Assembly: GCA_964645535.1 (NCBI GenBank)
Contig: CAZYCQ010000014.1
Coordinates: 1 to 54,986 of the forward strand
Direction of reading: 5' to 3'
Length of the DNA: 54,986 nucleotides
DNA from: an uncultured archaeon
Lineage (GTDB): Archaea > Asgardarchaeota > Heimdallarchaeia > Heimdallarchaeales > Kariarchaeaceae
Position numbers and translations under genes: made by a program. Below are positions 1 through 9,271 of this stretch, piece by piece (position 1 is the first letter of the stretch; every line of letters starts with the position of its first letter). Below the pieces are notes generated by a model. That model made no database searches, was not told where the DNA came from, and was given only the letters and a program-made list of their open reading frames with translations.

Positions 1-825
1 AGCCTATTTGGAACTTCGATCCTCTCTCTTGTTCCCAATGCATTGAGTGCTGCAATTCTTTCAGCCATTGCTTTGAATCTGCATGGATTGGTGTTCATCC
101 ATGAAGTGAATCTAAACCAACTTGAATCAAGGCTCGGATTGGTTGGAGGGATTGGATTTACATACCTTGTTGATTCTATATTGGGTCAGATCAATGTGTA
201 TGGAACCCTGATTGGAATGATTATGTATACTCTCATTCTGCTTGGAGGCGGCATTGTGGTACGAATTGGAAAAAATGAGGTCAATCCATCCCTGGATTCC
301 TTTGTTCCATCTTATGGATATTTGATGTTGAATCTTTTGATTCTAGGTGACCCGGGAATATTGGGAACATGGATCATCGATAGTTTTTGGGCGAAATTGA
401 TGAATCCGGACATTTATCTTTTTGTCGTATTGGCAGGTTGCACCATAGGTCTCCTATTGTCGGTCCTATTGATGGACAAAACTGCCTTGATCCAATTCCC
501 CTTGATGGAGCTAGCCTTTCTGATTGCTTATGCAGACATCATCTTTACAAAGATGCTTGTAGTTTTCACAATCCCTATTGCCACTTTCCTTTCAGCAAGT
601 CTGATTTTGAACATCCACCCTGAAAAAGAGAGACAAGGTTTGAAAGAACTCGGTCTTGTCCAAGGTCTCTTTTTCATATTCATGTTCCTTTATGTAGCAG
701 CAGGCAATTGGGCATTCATGCCAGCATTTATCGGGACAATCTCCCGAGGGATGGCAGGGGTCTATCTCTTTCTTGCAGGGATCTTATTTTTAGCCGTCAT
801 CGGTTTCAGGAGGAGAATGCAATGA
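1..825 (+). CDS. Polytopic membrane protein, 5'-partial; resembles the membrane region of Cwh43/PGAP2-interacting proteins
   Basis: Frame is open from position 1 (SLFGTSILSLVPNALSAAIL...), so the start lies upstream of the window. Many hydrophobic segments. C-terminal AAGNWAFMPAFIGTISRG. Stop overlaps the next ATG (ATGA at 822-825). Confidence 0.7.
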   Translation, partial: SLFGTSILSLVPNALSAAILSAIALNLHGLVFIHEVNLNQLESRLGLVGGIGFTYLVDSILGQINVYGTLIGMIMYTLILLGGGIVVRIGKNEVNPSLDSFVPSYGYLMLNLLILGDPGILGTWIIDSFWAKLMNPDIYLFVVLAGCTIGLLLSVLLMDKTALIQFPLMELAFLIAYADIIFTKMLVVFTIPIATFLSASLILNIHPEKERQGLKELGLVQGLFFIFMFLYVAAGNWAFMPAFIGTISRGMAGVYLFLAGILFLAVIGFRRRMQ

Positions 826-1670
826 AACTTCAGACAGTCAAATTGTATTTTGGACTTGGATGTTTGTTTGCCTTGATCTTTTCAACACCAATGCTTCTTC
901 AGCCATTGATTGAAGAACCAGCCAACAATACCATTACAGTCATGAGTTTCAATCTGCACCAATATTATGTGCAGGATCCATCAGACCTGTTTCTTAAAAC
1001 CGGTCTCCATACTTTTGCAAAAGTACGTGACCTGATCAGGAACGTAGGGGCAGACATTGTGGGATTACAGGAAAGTGAGGGGGATCGGCTATCTTCCGGT
1101 AATCAGAATGGAATCCATTGGTTGGCGGAGCAGTTGGATATGTACTACTATTATGGACCCCCGACATCTGCCCAAATCTATGGAGATGCCATTTTGTCTC
1201 GCTGGCCCATCATTGTCCAAGAATGGAAACAACTGCCTACACCAGAAGGTATTGAAAGAGCCATTATCCGGGTTATTATTGATTCCCCATTTGGAGAAAT
1301 TAAGGTGTTCAATACTCATTTTGAAATTGATAGGTTCAAGGAGGCACAACGCCAACAGGCAAATTTCGTGGTGGATTATGTTGGAGATCAAAAGGCCATG
1401 ATACTAGGTGATTTCAATACAAGGGCAGATCTGAATGACGAAGCCTATCATATTTTGAACAATTCATTCACATACGGACTCATCGAGGCAGGATTTCATC
1501 CAAACTCGACAATTGGGTTCACAGCTCCTGCGGCCAATCCAACCCACAAGATTGACTATATATGGTTGACACCGGGAGATTGGAATGTAGTCCCCAATTC
1601 GTATCGTGCCGTCGGTGACCCCCTGACAAGCGATCATCGTGCAGTTGTAATAGACATCAGAATGGGATAA
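822..1670 (+). CDS. Membrane-anchored endonuclease/exonuclease/phosphatase (EEP) family protein, Cwh43 C-terminal-like
   Basis: EEP motifs VMSFNL, DIVGLQE, NTHF, LGDFN, IDYIW, SDH. N-terminal TM helix. AGGAGA SD-like sequence and ATGA overlap place the start at 822 rather than 708. Confidence 0.85.
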   Translation: MKLQTVKLYFGLGCLFALIFSTPMLLQPLIEEPANNTITVMSFNLHQYYVQDPSDLFLKTGLHTFAKVRDLIRNVGADIVGLQESEGDRLSSGNQNGIHWLAEQLDMYYYYGPPTSAQIYGDAILSRWPIIVQEWKQLPTPEGIERAIIRVIIDSPFGEIKVFNTHFEIDRFKEAQRQQANFVVDYVGDQKAMILGDFNTRADLNDEAYHILNNSFTYGLIEAGFHPNSTIGFTAPAANPTHKIDYIWLTPGDWNVVPNSYRAVGDPLTSDHRAVVIDIRMG

Positions 1671-1770
1671 AACATTTTTCGACCATCAGTAAACCATATT
1701 TATCAAGTTATTGTCCAGTAGCCTGTTTCAAACCTATTGTTAATATTCAGGAACCTAGATGGAATCATAG

Positions 1771-2013
1771 TTGCAAAGTTGTTTAGGAAGCCTTATTGTC
1801 CAAGTGCTTGAAAAAGATGAAGCATTGAATCTGATTGAAAGATTGACCCAGAGTGATTTGTCCAATTTTGCAGAGTTGAAGGAAAGAAAGGATTTAGAGT
1901 GGTTGGTAAATCAAGGGATTGTGCAATCCCATCAAGGATGGTACTCGCTTACTGAACTTGGATATCAATTGTCAATTATGATTGAAGATCTGATTGCTTG
2001 GGCCGAGGACTGA
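1771..2013 (+). CDS. Small winged-helix-like protein
   Basis: LEWLVNQGIVQSHQGWYSLTELG matches the wHTH wing pattern L-x3-G-x-V...Y-x-LT-x2-G. Confidence 0.5.
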   Translation: MQSCLGSLIVQVLEKDEALNLIERLTQSDLSNFAELKERKDLEWLVNQGIVQSHQGWYSLTELGYQLSIMIEDLIAWAED

Positions 2014-2864
2014 GAACCATTTTCCACATGGTCGAGAAATTCATTGATCATTCGTGAATGGTCGGGATGGAACTCCATTTTCGAATGGAGAGAATTTGGT
2101 ACGAGCCAGTACCAATCATTCTCTTTCAGGAGGGAGATATTTTTTTGGAAGTCTCGTTCTGGAGGGAACATGGAATCTTTTGCTCCATGGATCAAAAAAA
2201 TAGGCATGTCTAATCGAGGAAGAGTAAATTTTGGTTCGATTTCCTTCCAAGGAAAGTCCATTCGAAGTATAAGTACAACAATCCACCAATAAAGAATTCT
2301 AGGAATATGGAGAACACGCATGAAACCCTCGTACATTCCACGGATATCATGCAGTAAAGCCTCGGCAATAACTGCCCTGACAGGTTTTCTGGAGGCGAAG
2401 ATTGTTGATGCCAAGGCACCAAATGAAAGACCATGGACAATAGGAGATTCAATACCCTCAATTTCACAAATTTTCATTGCATGTTCCGCAAACCAGAGAG
2501 CAGTTGTTGTTTTTCGATATTTGCTTTGTCCATGCGACCAAGCATCCACAAACACCAAGGAATAACCGCGATCCCAGTAGATTTCTCCTCGAGAAACCAT
2601 TCTTGCAGAATTTCTCCCCCATGAGTGAAGAAGCACGACCCAGCGGTCATCTACTTGATTTGGGTTCCTGCAAATCCAATAACGGATGCCTTCGGGTTCA
2701 AGCCATCCTTTCTTCAGACTTCCATCTTCTGCAGTTCCAAACGGGATGAGATAGTCTTTTGATCTCCAAATGAAAATATTGTTGGTCAGCATCCAGAAAA
2801 CGATGATTACGGAGATTAAATACAGAACCACCACTGTAATGATCAAAGTGGAAAGAAACGACAT
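1965..2864 (-). CDS. Membrane-anchored alpha/beta hydrolase
   Basis: N-terminal TM; HGLSFG nucleophile elbow; IHGAKD acid; H in SLHSK. Confidence 0.85.
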   Translation of the reverse strand: MSFLSTLIITVVVLYLISVIIVFWMLTNNIFIWRSKDYLIPFGTAEDGSLKKGWLEPEGIRYWICRNPNQVDDRWVVLLHSWGRNSARMVSRGEIYWDRGYSLVFVDAWSHGQSKYRKTTTALWFAEHAMKICEIEGIESPIVHGLSFGALASTIFASRKPVRAVIAEALLHDIRGMYEGFMRVLHIPRILYWWIVVLILRMDFPWKEIEPKFTLPRLDMPIFLIHGAKDSMFPPERDFQKNISLLKENDWYWLVPNSLHSKMEFHPDHSRMINEFLDHVENGSQSSAQAIRSSIIIDN

Positions 2865-2929
2865 TAAGCAGCTTTGAGAAAAACCATTACATTAGTTTTC
2901 CTTCCGAGGGCATTTGATCCTGATGTGAA

Positions 2930-3619
2930 CTAAGACATTCTCAATCCACCATCAACTAAGATTGAGGTACCCGTTATATAGGAAGATTCGTCTGAAATGA
3001 GAAAATTGATGAGATTGGCCACTTCAGACGGGTTGCCAGCCCTTCCGAGAGGAATTAGGTTTAACAGGAGATCCATTCTTTCTTTGGGAATTTTTGCGGA
3101 CATTGGAGTTTCAATAAGACCAGGGATTATGCAATTTATTCTGATCCCATACCGGGCAAGTTCTCTGCTTGCAGATCGAACCAATCCTTGAATTCCTGCC
3201 TTAGAGGCACTGTAATTTGTTTGGCCAAAGTTTCCGTTGAGGGCTGCGGTGGAACCAACCATGACGATTGAACCTTTTCCTTGATTCCTCATATGTTCAG
3301 CGCATCTCTTCAGGACATTGAAACTCCCTGTTAGGTTTGTGGAGATGACGGAATCCCATTCTTCTTGGCTCATTTTGAAAAGGGTTCTATCTCTTGTAAT
3401 TCCTGCAAGGTTCACAAGTCCCGATATGAAAATGTTTTCATTTTCCAATTGATCAAAAAGGGCATTCACCGAATCCCAATTGGAAACATCAATGGGAAGG
3501 CAATGCTGACCGGAAAGTTGAGGGATATCCGCAGAAATAACATTGTATCCTGCCTCTTCCAGTCGAACGACAGTTGCCTTGCCAATCCCACCTAGAGCAC
3601 CAATTACCAGAACGTTCAT
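2930..3619 (-). CDS. SDR family oxidoreductase (FabG/3-hydroxyacyl-CoA dehydrogenase-like)
   Basis: GALGGIG Rossmann motif, NLAG, YSASK catalytic motif, PGLIET. ATGA overlap with the upstream gene. Confidence 0.9.
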   Translation of the reverse strand: MNVLVIGALGGIGKATVVRLEEAGYNVISADIPQLSGQHCLPIDVSNWDSVNALFDQLENENIFISGLVNLAGITRDRTLFKMSQEEWDSVISTNLTGSFNVLKRCAEHMRNQGKGSIVMVGSTAALNGNFGQTNYSASKAGIQGLVRSASRELARYGIRINCIIPGLIETPMSAKIPKERMDLLLNLIPLGRAGNPSEVANLINFLISDESSYITGTSILVDGGLRMS

Positions 3620-5196
3620 CTCAACACACCCAATTTGTCGAAACTGCGTAAAACAGAAAGTTCTTCCTTGCTTGGAGGTTGAGTCGTAGGAATTTCAGAA
3701 GGAATGTCGAAATCAAATCCAGTATTCTCAACGACAGTATCCAGTGACACACCCGGATGCAAGGATTTCAATGTCCATTTTCCATTCCACTCGAAGACGC
3801 AAAGGTTAGTCACAAGAAGTGCAGGTCGGGAACCACCATTCCCCACAGCACCAGGTCCGGAGACATATGAAACCTTTTCGACCAATGACCGAGGAGAATG
3901 ACCTAATGTGTAGAGATACATCCGACCGGCTTTAGGGAGAAAGGGGAGTCCCACACTTCCAGGCCCACGTAATTTCCACCCGGTATGACTTGGAATACCT
4001 CCAAGATTTGCACTGCCTATTGAGTCTATCTGAAGACCTCCAGCGAAGAAGAAATCGATCTTGGTCATCTCAATTCCAATTACCTCGTCCATCGAGAGTC
4101 TTGCAATAGCTCCCTTTGACATTTCATAATCTGTCGAAGATGGATAGAGAATTCCATGAGGATTGACATAACCGGATCCTCCTGCAATCCATCGGAGATT
4201 GGGGGCATGCAAAGCTTCAGCAAGCCGCATTGCAGCCATGGGGATTTCTGCAACGGCACCACAGATCCCAATTTCACCATCTCTTATTTCTCTGCTGAAA
4301 ACACACGCAATCAATTCTGAAATGGTGTAGTCACCATCATTTGGAGTACCGGTGAGTTCTGTCAGAAAAGTCTGTTGTGAAAGGAATTTTTCCTCAGAAA
4401 CATTCCTGAATTGATTGATCCAATTTGAAAGAGCATTTGGGTCCTTTGAAGCCTTAAGATATTCATGGATAGCAACCTCATTGTAGGCATAAACACCATG
4501 GGAAGAGGTTGGGAATGCGGCTCCTCTAAGAGGGATAACGTAATCAACCATGAATCCGGGAATAGTGACCAGTCGAGGATCGACCTTATCGATTAGATAA
4601 TCACAGGTCACTATTGTAACTTTTGCGGCTTCAGCCATTAAACGATCCAATACTACAGAGCCCAAATGCTCACAATCGCCAGTCTTGGTTGCCCGCTGGA
4701 CATGGATTAATGCAATATCAGGCACAAGAGCCGGAACGGCATAGACTTCCGTTCCAGTGAATGGATCGGAGACTTTCCGGTAGTATTTCGATTGGGAAGG
4801 GATGTCAGAGGCTTCATGTATTTCTTGGGGAAATGGGTGAAAAAGAAGCCCGTTGGCAGCAGCTCGAAGGCCATAGATTGGAAATGCTTCACATACATCG
4901 GGAGCTTCGACCAGTCCTTGCTCAACAGCCTTCCGGTAGTTGGGAGCCAAGCCCCACATTTCCATTCCTACATAGGGAGCCAAGATTTTCTTTACTGCCT
5001 TTGCAGCCACCAGTAGATCAATGGGAAGCCCTGTAGAAATTGATCCCAAAACCGTGAGATTTTTTGTCTCGTTTCTGATGATCTGTCGTATAAGGGACAT
5101 GGGGCCATTATGGGAATGGACACCACCTATTGCGACGAATGATCCATCAGGAACCAAATCTTTGGTAACTTGCTCAATTGTGATCAAATCCGCCAT
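3616..5196 (-). CDS. Fused alpha+beta family I CoA-transferase-fold protein (GctAB/AibAB/IpdAB-like)
   Basis: Alpha half: DGSFVAIGG, LRAAANGL, PDIALIHVQRA. Beta half: ELIACVFSREIRDG, HAPNL, GGLQIDSIGSAN, LVTNLCVF, HPGVSLDTVVENTGF. Confidence 0.88.
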   Translation of the reverse strand: MADLITIEQVTKDLVPDGSFVAIGGVHSHNGPMSLIRQIIRNETKNLTVLGSISTGLPIDLLVAAKAVKKILAPYVGMEMWGLAPNYRKAVEQGLVEAPDVCEAFPIYGLRAAANGLLFHPFPQEIHEASDIPSQSKYYRKVSDPFTGTEVYAVPALVPDIALIHVQRATKTGDCEHLGSVVLDRLMAEAAKVTIVTCDYLIDKVDPRLVTIPGFMVDYVIPLRGAAFPTSSHGVYAYNEVAIHEYLKASKDPNALSNWINQFRNVSEEKFLSQQTFLTELTGTPNDGDYTISELIACVFSREIRDGEIGICGAVAEIPMAAMRLAEALHAPNLRWIAGGSGYVNPHGILYPSSTDYEMSKGAIARLSMDEVIGIEMTKIDFFFAGGLQIDSIGSANLGGIPSHTGWKLRGPGSVGLPFLPKAGRMYLYTLGHSPRSLVEKVSYVSGPGAVGNGGSRPALLVTNLCVFEWNGKWTLKSLHPGVSLDTVVENTGFDFDIPSEIPTTQPPSKEELSVLRSFDKLGVLR

Positions 5197-5207
5197 TCAG
5201 CCGACCC

Positions 5208-6185
5208 CTATAGTTCCTTACCGCATACTCCACAATGCCTGAAGTTTTTTGGAAGACCCTTAGCTCCGCAAGATTGACAAGTTTTTGATGGAGGGCCCCA
5301 CATCAATTCAGAAGACCCACCATCTCTTGCAATTTCTCGGATCATTCGATAGTTGGGAGGACGTTTCTCAACGAAGGCAGTCATCCCTTCATATGGTTCC
5401 CAATTGGCATAGTGCAGTGTCAACCATTCCTTGGCATGGTTGATGGTTTGATACCATGAGAAATTTTTCCAGAAGTTGACCTGTTCTTTTGTATATCGGC
5501 TACATTCAGGGAACTTTTCAACGAGTTTTGCAGCCATTTTGTCCACAGCGGCATCCAATTCCTCGTAAGGAACAACTTGATTGACCAAGCCCCATTCCAT
5601 TGCCTTCCTTGCAGGAATAGGTTCGTTGAGAAAGAGGATTTCTCTTGCCCGCCTGTCACCGACAATGATTGGAAGCCATTGAGTCGCACCCCCTGCGGCA
5701 ACAGAGCCGACCCTTGTTCCGACTTGACGAATTGTCGCATGTTCCGCGGCAATTGCAAGATCACAGGCCATGTTCCATTCATTTCCCCCTCCAGCAACAA
5801 TTCCATTGATTCGGGCAATAGTGGGTTTACCAATGTTTCTGAAACGATCATGTGCCTCAACAAAAAGGGACATCCATTTGTAATAGTCTCTTGGTTTTTG
5901 GGTGAAGATACTTTGGTATTCTTTGACATCCCCACCTGTGCAAAATGCCTTGTCTCCTGCACCAGTAAGTATCACAACAGCTACTCCATCATCCCACATG
6001 GCATCCAAAAAAGCCTGAGACATTTCACGTAATGTTTCAGTTGAATAAGCATTGTAAACATGCGGACGATTGATTGTCACCTTTGCGACAAATTTGTCTC
6101 TATCCTTTTCATAGATTATTTCCTTGAAATCGTATTCTTCAGCATCCTTTGGTTGGAATTTCTCCTTGAATGTGTAGTCACTCAT
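5208..6185 (-). CDS. oah: 6-oxocyclohex-1-ene-1-carbonyl-CoA hydrolase (crotonase fold, ring opening)
   Basis: AFCTGGDVKEY, AGGGNE, QVGTRVGS-x-AAGGATQWLP, and a C-terminal CxxC...CxxC (CQSC...CGVC) as in Oah/BzdY/BamA. Located in the bcr cluster. Confidence 0.85.
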   Translation of the reverse strand: MSDYTFKEKFQPKDAEEYDFKEIIYEKDRDKFVAKVTINRPHVYNAYSTETLREMSQAFLDAMWDDGVAVVILTGAGDKAFCTGGDVKEYQSIFTQKPRDYYKWMSLFVEAHDRFRNIGKPTIARINGIVAGGGNEWNMACDLAIAAEHATIRQVGTRVGSVAAGGATQWLPIIVGDRRAREILFLNEPIPARKAMEWGLVNQVVPYEELDAAVDKMAAKLVEKFPECSRYTKEQVNFWKNFSWYQTINHAKEWLTLHYANWEPYEGMTAFVEKRPPNYRMIREIARDGGSSELMWGPPSKTCQSCGAKGLPKNFRHCGVCGKEL

Positions 6186-6198
6186 AATGGTTACCTCT

Positions 6199-6999
6199 TT
6201 AATTTATGTTTTTGATTTTTTGGAGTCGTTGAAAACCAAGACGTGCTGCACCAATGGCAGCGGAGAAGTGTGCATTCGGATCGGAGATGACTTCATGATC
6301 CAGAACCTCATCCAATGCCTTTTTCATGGCAGGCATGTGAACCAAACCACCTGCCAAAAATACAGGGGCATCCAGCTTCACTCTTTTCAAGAGGGTTCCA
6401 GCTCGATCTGCAATACTCATGAATACACCCATCAGAATATCTTCCACAGGAATCCCTTGCGACACATGGTTGATGATTTCGGTTTCAGAAAGCACTGCAC
6501 AAACACTTGATATTTTCTGGGGGTTCGTACTTTTCATGGCGGTTTCGGAAATCCGATCCATAGGGACGACCAAGTATCGTGAACATCGTTCGATGAAACG
6601 TCCGCTGCCTGCGGCACATCGTTCATTCATCTTGAATTGCACAATCTTGCCCCGCTCATCTATCCGGATGGCACGTGAAGACTGCGTACCGATATCCAAA
6701 ACGAGTGTGGGAAGATACTCATCATAGACAAATTTTGCCCCGCGACCGGTGGTAGTTAGATCACTGATCTGGATCTGTCTTTCATCCATCATATATCGTC
6801 CATAACCGGTAGAAGCGATGTAATCAATATCATCCCTAGAAAGTTTGGCTTTCTCAATCATTTCATTTAGAATTCGTGTTGCCATTTTACCGGGGGATCC
6901 TTTGGTGGGATGAATGGATCGGACAAGGATCTTTTCATTATCCTCAAGAAGAATCCCCTTTGTGGAACCGGTACCGATGTCAATCCCAGCCGTAATCAT
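6199..6999 (-). CDS. bcrD: Benzoyl-CoA reductase ATPase subunit D (BcrD/BadG)
   Basis: ASKHA motifs GIDIGTGSTK, STGYGR, LDIGTQ; cluster Cys in NERCAAGSG and SVCAVLSE. Confidence 0.82.
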   Translation of the reverse strand: MITAGIDIGTGSTKGILLEDNEKILVRSIHPTKGSPGKMATRILNEMIEKAKLSRDDIDYIASTGYGRYMMDERQIQISDLTTTGRGAKFVYDEYLPTLVLDIGTQSSRAIRIDERGKIVQFKMNERCAAGSGRFIERCSRYLVVPMDRISETAMKSTNPQKISSVCAVLSETEIINHVSQGIPVEDILMGVFMSIADRAGTLLKRVKLDAPVFLAGGLVHMPAMKKALDEVLDHEVISDPNAHFSAAIGAARLGFQRLQKIKNIN

Positions 7000-7823
7000 G
7001 GTTTCACCTCCATTGGCATGAATGCAGGATCATTTCCTTTTTCAAGTTCTTCTAATGCGAATAGAGCACCACCAATTGCACCGAACCATTGGGACAGGGG
7101 AGAGACATTGATTTTTCTTCCCAACCTATCTTCAAGTGCACGTACCATGCCCGTATTCCTTGAAACCCCTCCGGTGAAGGTGATCTCGTCTACAATCCCG
7201 ACCCTTCTCATCAATGAGATCGATCTTTCTGCAATGGAATAATGGAGGCCATTGACAATGTCTTCTGGTTTACGACCCCGTGCCAGTTGATTGGAAACTT
7301 CCGTTTCCGCAAAAACAGTACAGGTACTGGTTATCTTTACAGGTCTTTTGGATTTTTCCGAAATCGGACCCAAATCACCAACGGAGAAACCCAGTGCATC
7401 AGCACAGACATCCAAAAATCTCCCAGTCCCAGCGGAACACTTGTCATTCATGCTGAAATCAATGATTTCACCGTTCTCTCCAAGACGGATTGCCTTTGTG
7501 TCTTGCCCACCAATGTCAAGAGTGAGCCGGGTTTTGGGGAAAATGAATTGTGCACCCTTTGCATGGCATGAAATCTCAGTGACGATCAATTTTCCGAAAC
7601 GAACTTTTAATCTCCCATAACCGGTACCTGTAATGAGGGCAACCTGATCGCGATTGATTCCTGCATCTTCACAGGCTTTGAGGAATGCTGTTTCAGCGTC
7701 TTCAGCCACTCTCGGAGAAACATCCTGCAATGATTTTCCGATAATGTTCCTTTCAGCATCCAATATGATCGCTTTTGCGGTAGTACTCCCTACATCTACG
7801 CCTGCAACATATTCTGCCTTCAT
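6996..7823 (-). CDS. bcrA: Benzoyl-CoA reductase ATPase subunit A (BcrA/BadF-like, short form)
   Basis: GVDVGSTTAK, TGYGR, EISCH, DIGGQDTK, NDKCSAGTG, STCTVFAE. Confidence 0.82.
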   Translation of the reverse strand: MKAEYVAGVDVGSTTAKAIILDAERNIIGKSLQDVSPRVAEDAETAFLKACEDAGINRDQVALITGTGYGRLKVRFGKLIVTEISCHAKGAQFIFPKTRLTLDIGGQDTKAIRLGENGEIIDFSMNDKCSAGTGRFLDVCADALGFSVGDLGPISEKSKRPVKITSTCTVFAETEVSNQLARGRKPEDIVNGLHYSIAERSISLMRRVGIVDEITFTGGVSRNTGMVRALEDRLGRKINVSPLSQWFGAIGGALFALEELEKGNDPAFMPMEVKP

Positions 7824-7827
7824 TGTC

Positions 7828-9078
7828 TCACCTTTTCATCTTCAATGCCTCGAAAAAGGCATCAACTCGATTGAGAATTTGTGCTTCTGCCCAATATCGA
7901 GGGTCTTGGTGGTCTGATTCCACATAAAGGGCAGGATAACCAAGTTCGTTGATCACATAGTCCCGAAGATCACCCTGCCCTGCTGTGAAACTTCGACAAC
8001 TTTTGATCCCGTGAATGACCAAGGCATCGGCCTGAAAATCCTTGAGATATCTTTTGATGGTTTCTCGCCGGAAATCCCATGAAAGATTGCAATAACTGAA
8101 GATGCTGTAGCGGGCAATGCTTTCCCATGGGTTTGAAGGATCGTGCCGCAATTCAGGAAGATCAAACATTCCGCCAACTTTTGGATAGGTGGCTGCGACT
8201 GATACTGCATTCCATTTCTTGAACATATTCCAGAATGAACGATAGCCAGGATATGGGGGAACCCCCTCAATGACAGTCCTGAATTCCTCATTTTCAATGG
8301 GTCCAATCCCATGAGCCACGCGTTCGTCCAGTTCCATATTCAGAAGTTCGTAGAAGTCTGCCGCTTCTTTTGTACCTCTTAATGCATTAATGGGAAACAT
8401 GTAAAAGATAGATTCGAAATATGCATCGATTGGAGAAGGTACATGTTTTGCCATTTCAAAACTTCTTCCCCATCCATCTTCGGCTTTTCTGGAGTATGTC
8501 AACACCTCCTTGAGTCGGTTCATATCGAATGTGATATCGAACAGTTGTTCGATCTTCTCTACCATTTCCTGAAGCTGACCGATTATGTATTCAATATCCT
8601 CTTTCTGTGGGTCATTGAATCTATGATATGGTACATCAAGCATGATCAAGGGAACCTTATAGAATTCTGCCAATGCTTCCCACCATTTGGCATAGACAGA
8701 ACACCCAGAATAATTGCAAACCAAAAGATCGGGTCTGGGAATCTTTCCCATATCACTTTCTCCTCCCGATAGATGTGTAAGTCCAATATCTGTCTTGACA
8801 TAACCGCAAACATCCAAACCATATCCAATGGATTCAGCCTTTAGGATATATTGTAATGATTGGTGCCTAATAGCCATTGTAAGAGCTGTGATTTCTGGCA
8901 TGTAAACTTGGAAACCCAAGGCTCTCAGAAGTTCAGCAGGATTTCCACCTACAAAAAGGTAGACCACAGGTTTGGTTACATCCTGCCGATAGAAATCTCG
9001 GACAAGTTGCCTCTGCAATTTCCGTGCAGCACCTGCATATTTGAGATCTTTTTTTTCGGAAGCAACTATAGTTTCCAT
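7828..9078 (-). CDS. bcrB: Benzoyl-CoA reductase subunit B (BcrB/BadE)
   Basis: DVCGYVKTD, YSGC, ATYPKVGG...RHDP, IKSCRSFTAGQ; HgdD/BcrB family with Thauera/Rhodopseudomonas-type signatures (recalled). Confidence 0.85.
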   Translation of the reverse strand: METIVASEKKDLKYAGAARKLQRQLVRDFYRQDVTKPVVYLFVGGNPAELLRALGFQVYMPEITALTMAIRHQSLQYILKAESIGYGLDVCGYVKTDIGLTHLSGGESDMGKIPRPDLLVCNYSGCSVYAKWWEALAEFYKVPLIMLDVPYHRFNDPQKEDIEYIIGQLQEMVEKIEQLFDITFDMNRLKEVLTYSRKAEDGWGRSFEMAKHVPSPIDAYFESIFYMFPINALRGTKEAADFYELLNMELDERVAHGIGPIENEEFRTVIEGVPPYPGYRSFWNMFKKWNAVSVAATYPKVGGMFDLPELRHDPSNPWESIARYSIFSYCNLSWDFRRETIKRYLKDFQADALVIHGIKSCRSFTAGQGDLRDYVINELGYPALYVESDHQDPRYWAEAQILNRVDAFFEALKMKR

Positions 9079-9098
9079 AGTTCAATCACAAATTCGTA

Positions 9099-9106
9099 CT
9101 ATTTAA
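9099..9106 (-). promoter_or_regulatory. TATA-like box for an internal promoter upstream of bcrB
   Basis: Minus strand TTAAATAG about 28 nt upstream of the bcrB ATG, within the 193-nt bcrC-bcrB gap. Confidence 0.4.
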
Positions 9107-9271
9107 CTCCTTAGTGCCCCGAATATCGAAAATTACTATACCAAAATTACTTTATTTGCGTTTCTCCGAAGCCGAAAATCGCACGAGGTGCACTAACTTC
9201 ATGGGAGGATGGGTAGATAGGAAGATGTCCAAAACATGTGTTTTTGAGAAATGGTTTACTAAAAGTAAGAT

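Noticed and set aside
708-821. Longer start for the EEP ORF
   Set aside because: It overlaps the upstream gene; the SD and ATGA coupling support 822.
5208-6185. MenB (naphthoate synthase) call for the crotonase
   Set aside because: The bcr context, the ATQWLP motif and the C-terminal zinc-ribbon fit Oah better.
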